In this document: positions 59,068 through 64,000 of the stretch, piece after piece
How positions within the stretch are numbered: position 1 is the stretch's first letter
How the letters are laid out: every line of letters starts with the position of its first letter
Assembly: GCA_046759445.1 (NCBI GenBank)
Contig: JBHICG010000007.1
Coordinates: forward strand, 1 to 64,000
Length of the DNA stretch: 64,000 nucleotides
Source: Candidatus Scalinduaceae bacterium
GTDB taxonomy: Bacteria > Planctomycetota > Brocadiia > Brocadiales > Scalinduaceae
Direction of reading: 5' to 3'
Notes under the pieces: generated by a model
What the model was told of the DNA's origin: nothing
What the model saw: the letters and a program-made list of their open reading frames with translations, nothing else
The model's database searches: none
Translations under genes and position numbers: made by a program

Positions 59068-60135
59068 ATGTATTCTAGCGGAGTTAAAGAAAGAGACTAT
59101 TATGAGGTTTTAGGAGTAAGTAAAAATGCAACAAATGATGAAATAAAAAAAGCGTATAGAAGACTTGCTCTCAGATATCACCCTGATAAAAATCGGGGAG
59201 ATAAGGAAGCTGAGCAAAAGTTCAAGGAAGCTGCAAATGCTTACGAAGTGCTCAGTAATCCTGAAAAAAGGAAAATGTACGACTCACGGGGTCATGCAGG
59301 ACTTGAAGATATGGGTTTCCGTGGTTTTGAAAGTTATGATGACATTTTCAGTAGCTTTGGAGATGTATTTGGGGATATATTTGGAAAGCGATTTTACAAA
59401 GAAAGAGCAGGTCCTCAAAAAGGTTCAGACCTTAAATACAACATGTCCATTTCGTTCCTGGATGCAGCATTGGGATGCAAAAAACAGCTCCGATTTGATA
59501 AAAAAGAAATTTGTGAAACATGCAGAGGCTCAGGCGCTAAGAATGGGGCTTCAACGGTATGTTCTCAATGTAATGGCACTGGCCATGTAAGCAAGCAACA
59601 AAAACCTTTTGGAGGTTTTTTTACTATTAGTAATCCCTGCCCTAATTGTAATGGTTCAGGAAGGGAAATTAATAATCCATGTTCTGTTTGCAATAGTGAA
59701 GGGAGAGTTTTGAAAACCGGATTATTATCTGTTAAGGTTCCCGCCGGGATTAAATATGGCTCTACGTTAAGACTTTCTAATCAAGGTGAAGCAGGCGTTC
59801 GAGGTGGCAGCGCTGGCAATTTATATATATGTGTTAATATAACGCCACATACCTATTTTGAGAGAAGAGGCTTGGATATACAATACGATGCAAAAGTCCC
59901 TTTTACTAAAGCTACTTTGGGAGGAGAAATAGAAGTGCCAACCTTACGTGGAAAGGCAATGTTAAGAATACCAAGGTACATACAGCCAAATCAGATATTA
60001 AGAATGAAAGGGCAAGGAATTAAGACTGAGGATGGTAGAAACGGCGACCAATTAGTAAGAATAATTATAGATGTACCAAAAAAAATATCTCCACGTCAGG
60101 AAGAACTCCTAAAGGAGTTGTCTAAACTTGAATAA
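59068..60135 (+). CDS. dnaJ: Chaperone DnaJ
   Basis: J domain HPD, four CxxCxGxG-type repeats, C-terminal domain. Confidence 0.95.
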   Translation: MYSSGVKERDYYEVLGVSKNATNDEIKKAYRRLALRYHPDKNRGDKEAEQKFKEAANAYEVLSNPEKRKMYDSRGHAGLEDMGFRGFESYDDIFSSFGDVFGDIFGKRFYKERAGPQKGSDLKYNMSISFLDAALGCKKQLRFDKKEICETCRGSGAKNGASTVCSQCNGTGHVSKQQKPFGGFFTISNPCPNCNGSGREINNPCSVCNSEGRVLKTGLLSVKVPAGIKYGSTLRLSNQGEAGVRGGSAGNLYICVNITPHTYFERRGLDIQYDAKVPFTKATLGGEIEVPTLRGKAMLRIPRYIQPNQILRMKGQGIKTEDGRNGDQLVRIIIDVPKKISPRQEELLKELSKLE

Positions 60136-60281
60136 TCAATACAGCTCGCTAATACTGCCTGAAATACTTAGTTTCAGGATTACGCCTTTAGTTTTTCTCA
60201 TACCTTCAGAAGGTCTTAAGTACATTTTATTATTTAGACAATTTGAAAATTGTATTTGCATCTATTTATGAATGGAATGAA

Positions 60282-61238
60282 TCACGGTGTGTATTTCGCA
60301 CCTTGGTAGGAGTTGCGACGTTCTAATTCTTTAGTAATGGCCGCAAACACCTCACCCTTGCCCATATGCCATATGGGCGAGATTAAGTAGTTGCCATGTG
60401 TATCACCTACTAATCTTTGTATGACTATATCAGGTGAGAGTCTTTCTAGAAAGTCACAAACAATCGATACATACTCTTCCATTCCCAACGTTTTTATCTT
60501 TCCCCTAAAATATTCATTTGCCATTGCCGTGTTCTTTGCAATATAAAGATGATGGAGTTTTATACCATTAAGGCCGATATTAGAGACTGCTCGTGCAGTT
60601 TCCATCATATCATCCCAATCTTCTCCAGGAAGACCAAGGATTACGTGCGCGCAAATTTTTATATTTGGTTTATCCTTGGTACGTACGATTGCGCTTTCGA
60701 ATGCCTTATAACCATGTCCACGATTTATTAACTTTAATGTGCGGTCGTGCATCGATTGTAAGCCATATTCAATCCATACGTGATATTTTTCGGTATAACT
60801 ATTGATGAGATCTAGTATTTCGTCTGTTATGCAATCAGGCCTTGTACCTATAGAAAGACCAATTATGTCTTTGTTTAATAAAGCTTCGTCATATCGTGAT
60901 CTTAATGTGTCAATATCGGCATATGTATTAGTAAATGCCTGAAAGTATGCAATAAACTTTTCAGCACCATACCTTGTTTTCATGAATTTTATACCTCTTT
61001 CAAGCTGCTCTCTTATGGGGGTAACTGTTTCACGGACATTTGGACTGAAACTTTCATTTGCGCAGTAAGTACATCCCCCGACTCCTACTAGCCCGTCCCT
61101 ATTAGGACATGTAAAACCAGCATGAATCGAAATCTTGTGAACTTTGAATGGAAAATTTTCCCTTAAAAAGAGGCTAAATGGATAGTACCTGTGTGTCTTT
61201 AGCCACGTTCTTTGTCTTTGAATAGTAAGTGTAGTCAT
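60282..61238 (-). CDS. Radical SAM protein, YhcC/TIGR01212-like
   Basis: GFTCPNRDG...GGCTYC, AYFQAFTNTY, GTRPDC, HVILGLPGE. Confidence 0.92.
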   Translation of the reverse strand: MTTLTIQRQRTWLKTHRYYPFSLFLRENFPFKVHKISIHAGFTCPNRDGLVGVGGCTYCANESFSPNVRETVTPIREQLERGIKFMKTRYGAEKFIAYFQAFTNTYADIDTLRSRYDEALLNKDIIGLSIGTRPDCITDEILDLINSYTEKYHVWIEYGLQSMHDRTLKLINRGHGYKAFESAIVRTKDKPNIKICAHVILGLPGEDWDDMMETARAVSNIGLNGIKLHHLYIAKNTAMANEYFRGKIKTLGMEEYVSIVCDFLERLSPDIVIQRLVGDTHGNYLISPIWHMGKGEVFAAITKELERRNSYQGAKYTP

Positions 61239-61490
61239 TCCTTTTTAATTAAAAGACTGGTTTTTGTATTTTGCTTGGAAAAACATATTACAATTATCTC
61301 ACGAAAGCTATGTAAGTTGATTAGAAATGTGATATTGGCAGTTATGATTCTGGGAAGGTTTTAACAAAGTTTCTATATTTCTAGATGGCAAACGTTCATA
61401 TAAAAATTTAGTTTACCATTGATATGATTTTATCTAAATCATTAAATAACAATACTTAGAAGTTTAAAGATTCATGTAAAGTTGCAAATT

Positions 61491-61700
61491 TTATGAACCA
61501 ACAAAATTGGTATCAGGGTTTTGGGCCTTTTTAATGTTCTTAACTCTCCTGTTTTCTTCCCGACGACGCTTATCAGAAGGTTTTTCAAAATAAGCACAAC
61601 GCTTTGATTGATTTATTATGCCTTCCTTATCACACATCCTCTTAAACCTTCTAAGAGCTTCACGCAAGCTTTCATTCTCTGAAACTTGAACCTTAGCCAT
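61491..61700 (-). CDS. rpsU: 30S ribosomal protein S21
   Basis: ENESLREALRRFKR...FEKPSDKRR; ATG at 61700 follows AAGGAG. Confidence 0.95.
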   Translation of the reverse strand: MAKVQVSENESLREALRRFKRMCDKEGIINQSKRCAYFEKPSDKRRREENRRVKNIKKAQNPDTNFVGS

Positions 61701-61754
61701 AGGCAAAAGACTCCTTTGTGAAAAAACATTTTTAAAATCTAAATTAAGTCAGTT

Positions 61755-61783
61755 ATTTTATTATTTAATATATTAATCGTCAA
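61755..61783 (-). promoter_or_regulatory. Sigma70-type promoter for rpsU
   Basis: TTGACG-17 nt-TAAAAT on the minus strand. Confidence 0.55.
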
Positions 61784-62219
61784 GGGAAAAGTTAGTGCAA
61801 GAATTAATGATTATAAATCTAAAATGAGGCAAAAGACTACTTAGTTTACTCCGAACAACTTTTTACATAACATCTTATTAGAATAAGTGTTATGTCAAAC
61901 TAGACAAAGCTGGTATCTAAATCTTCAAGTATTTGACAAACAAGAAAGTTACAACTTAGCTTTGTAAAAAAGCCCGGCAGAATTAAGCGTAAGTATAACA
62001 ACATTCGGCAGTTACCTCCAGACATTTACTATAATATTTTATTATTTTAGTTATTACTATTTCAGTAACATTAGAATTAATAAGTCATCAGAATCTAGTT
62101 GGAAATCAGAACGCTTTAACAAAAGTTTAGACTTTAAGAAATATGACTTAAGTGTGCAGATTTATGGAGGTGATAACTAATTAGTATTTCTTGTAAAAAG
62201 AAAGCTCCACTTTACATAT

Positions 62220-63977
62220 TTAATTTAGCATCTCTTTTATGTATTTTACTCTATCCTTAGTCTGCTCTATTCTGATTGAAGTCAACTCGCGTATAAAACC
62301 AAACAACTTGATTGATTTCTGTTCATCTATAATACTTGTATAAGCATCTATTGCCTTATCATAATAATTTGCCTGCTCTCCCTCAAATAGCAAGGCCATT
62401 TCTTCATAAAGATTGCCAATACGATATTGTGCATTAACGGGTGTTATCCCCACAAATTTGTCTATTATCTCACTAAATTTCGCTATAGCTTCTTTATAAT
62501 TTATCTTTGTACCCTCATCATCACCTACATCATAAAGGGCCAAACCCACATAATGATATGCTTCTGCCAATGCGTAGGAATGTTCTTGTGCCTCCTCTAT
62601 ATAACCCTCTTTAAGCTCTTCAAGTACATTTTTGTATCTTCTTTCCATCGCTTCAACAAGACTGATGCTCAATGGAATCCCAGAATCTTCCAATTCATTC
62701 TGACATTCTACTTTTACGAATGGAAGGAGTAATTTTAATAGACTCTCCAAACCCAAACCCTTAACAAGATAGAGTTCACCTACAGAATGGAATCTCTTAT
62801 TCACCTTCCTATAACTTAGAATAATATCTATCTCATCTTTATTCATTTTAAATTCTTTATTCAAGAATATAGACAGCTCACTATCATTGTCTCTATTCAG
62901 TTTCTTATATAATTTTAACAATTTGATTAAAATAGCCAATTTGCATGAAGGCGTTTCTCCATGTAATACAGTTCTTCTATAAAATATAAGCCATGGATCT
63001 CTACAGGAAAAACTTTTAAATCTTGTGTCGTCATAAAAGACTTCCAAGGCAATTTTAAGTTTATACTTATCCCAATCTTTTGTTTCTTTGTAATTTAGTT
63101 CCCGATATGTTCTGTCAATTCGATCAAAATATTCTTTTATTATACCTTTCATTTGAATAGTATTAACTTTTCGATGTAACTTTAATTCATGAGGACTATA
63201 CTTTAAGGCATCTCTATAATGAACAATAGCCTGTTCATATTTTTGAGCATGGTAATCACTATCTCCAAGATATTCATAAAACCTTTTAACCATTCTCCTT
63301 GGTCTAAGTCCTTCCTTTTCTTCCTTATCTGAAAGTTGAGACTTTTCAAAATGTTCTATTATTTCTTTTGGAGTCTGCAACGATTTTTTTGTAAGGAAAT
63401 CTAATCCTGAAACGTATTCATACACTGAATTACATCTCTGTAACAAATCCTGGCTAAGGTCGTTAAGCATCTTTGCCTTTTGTATACAATCTCTTGCTTG
63501 TTGAAACAGGCCAAACTCTGCATACGCCTTCCCTAGTTTGATAAGTATATTTGCAGTTATTTTTCCATCTGTTTGTTGATTGCCTTCATATTCTTTCCTG
63601 TATTTGTCAATCGCTGTCTTATAAATAACAGTAACGATTTCAACTTTATTGCTTACAATACGCACTACATGTACTTTTATATCTCCCGTGTCAGCGTCTA
63701 TCTTAACACCAGAGACTTCTCTACCATCAGGAAATTTTATCCATGGTGTTTTTTTAATGATACTAGCCGTAAAAACCGTATCCTTACCCTTAACTAAGTC
63801 TTTTGAAGTTAGAACCTTATCCCATGATATTTCATCTTCTTTTTCTGTACATGGTCTGACAATCTTAAAATTCCTTAATATATCTACTTCATTTTTTCTA
63901 AATGAATTCCAATTATTTGGTTTTTCCATTAACCGTTCATCCTGAGCCACTTCATTAGGCAAAATCCTCATTGTCAT
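62220..63977 (-). CDS. TPR-repeat protein with an embedded ComEA-like helix-hairpin-helix motif
   Basis: TPR-like LGKAYAEFG, LGDSDY..YEQAIVHY, AQYRIGNLYE; IILSYRKVNKRFHSVGELYLVKGLG. Confidence 0.75.
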   Translation of the reverse strand: MTMRILPNEVAQDERLMEKPNNWNSFRKNEVDILRNFKIVRPCTEKEDEISWDKVLTSKDLVKGKDTVFTASIIKKTPWIKFPDGREVSGVKIDADTGDIKVHVVRIVSNKVEIVTVIYKTAIDKYRKEYEGNQQTDGKITANILIKLGKAYAEFGLFQQARDCIQKAKMLNDLSQDLLQRCNSVYEYVSGLDFLTKKSLQTPKEIIEHFEKSQLSDKEEKEGLRPRRMVKRFYEYLGDSDYHAQKYEQAIVHYRDALKYSPHELKLHRKVNTIQMKGIIKEYFDRIDRTYRELNYKETKDWDKYKLKIALEVFYDDTRFKSFSCRDPWLIFYRRTVLHGETPSCKLAILIKLLKLYKKLNRDNDSELSIFLNKEFKMNKDEIDIILSYRKVNKRFHSVGELYLVKGLGLESLLKLLLPFVKVECQNELEDSGIPLSISLVEAMERRYKNVLEELKEGYIEEAQEHSYALAEAYHYVGLALYDVGDDEGTKINYKEAIAKFSEIIDKFVGITPVNAQYRIGNLYEEMALLFEGEQANYYDKAIDAYTSIIDEQKSIKLFGFIRELTSIRIEQTKDRVKYIKEMLN

Positions 63978-64000
63978 TTCACCTCCTAGTCGCTCTACTA

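Overview
This is a 64 kb AT-rich bacterial chromosome segment from a diderm (lpxB, lolC/E). Its gene content and repeat style resemble a marine anammox planctomycete (Ca. Scalindua/Brocadiia-like); this taxonomy is inference, not a database result. Most of it is housekeeping: cobS, cobU, transaldolase, cysD/cysNC, aroC, split class I fumarase, lpxB, ino1, htpX, trpE, an SPFH pair, a 10-gene Mrp-type Na+/H+ antiporter operon, nhaD, serA, trxA/ccdA, an NtrC-type two-component pair, 2-oxoacid dehydrogenase E1 alpha/beta, gdhA, two hsp20 genes, dnaJ and rpsU. It also carries tRNA-fMet, tRNA-Glu(CTC), a degenerate IS3-family element with a TCGG target duplication, and several pseudogene remnants. 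The most unusual signal is non-coding. A dense hierarchy of short palindromic elements (GTAG- and GTCA-footed REP-like hairpins, TIR-bounded MITEs, inverted 7-10-mer arrays) is concentrated in the Mrp operon. Even smaller 20-56 nt hairpin modules have inserted into these at recurrent positions without target duplication. A GxxExxY gene is bracketed by one such inverted array, and an orphan copy of its right arm lies 15 kb away. Features missed by the ORF track include a 39-aa stand-alone desulforedoxin, a TusA pseudogene, a decayed paralog of the FxLYD-like protein, and two structured 5' leaders.
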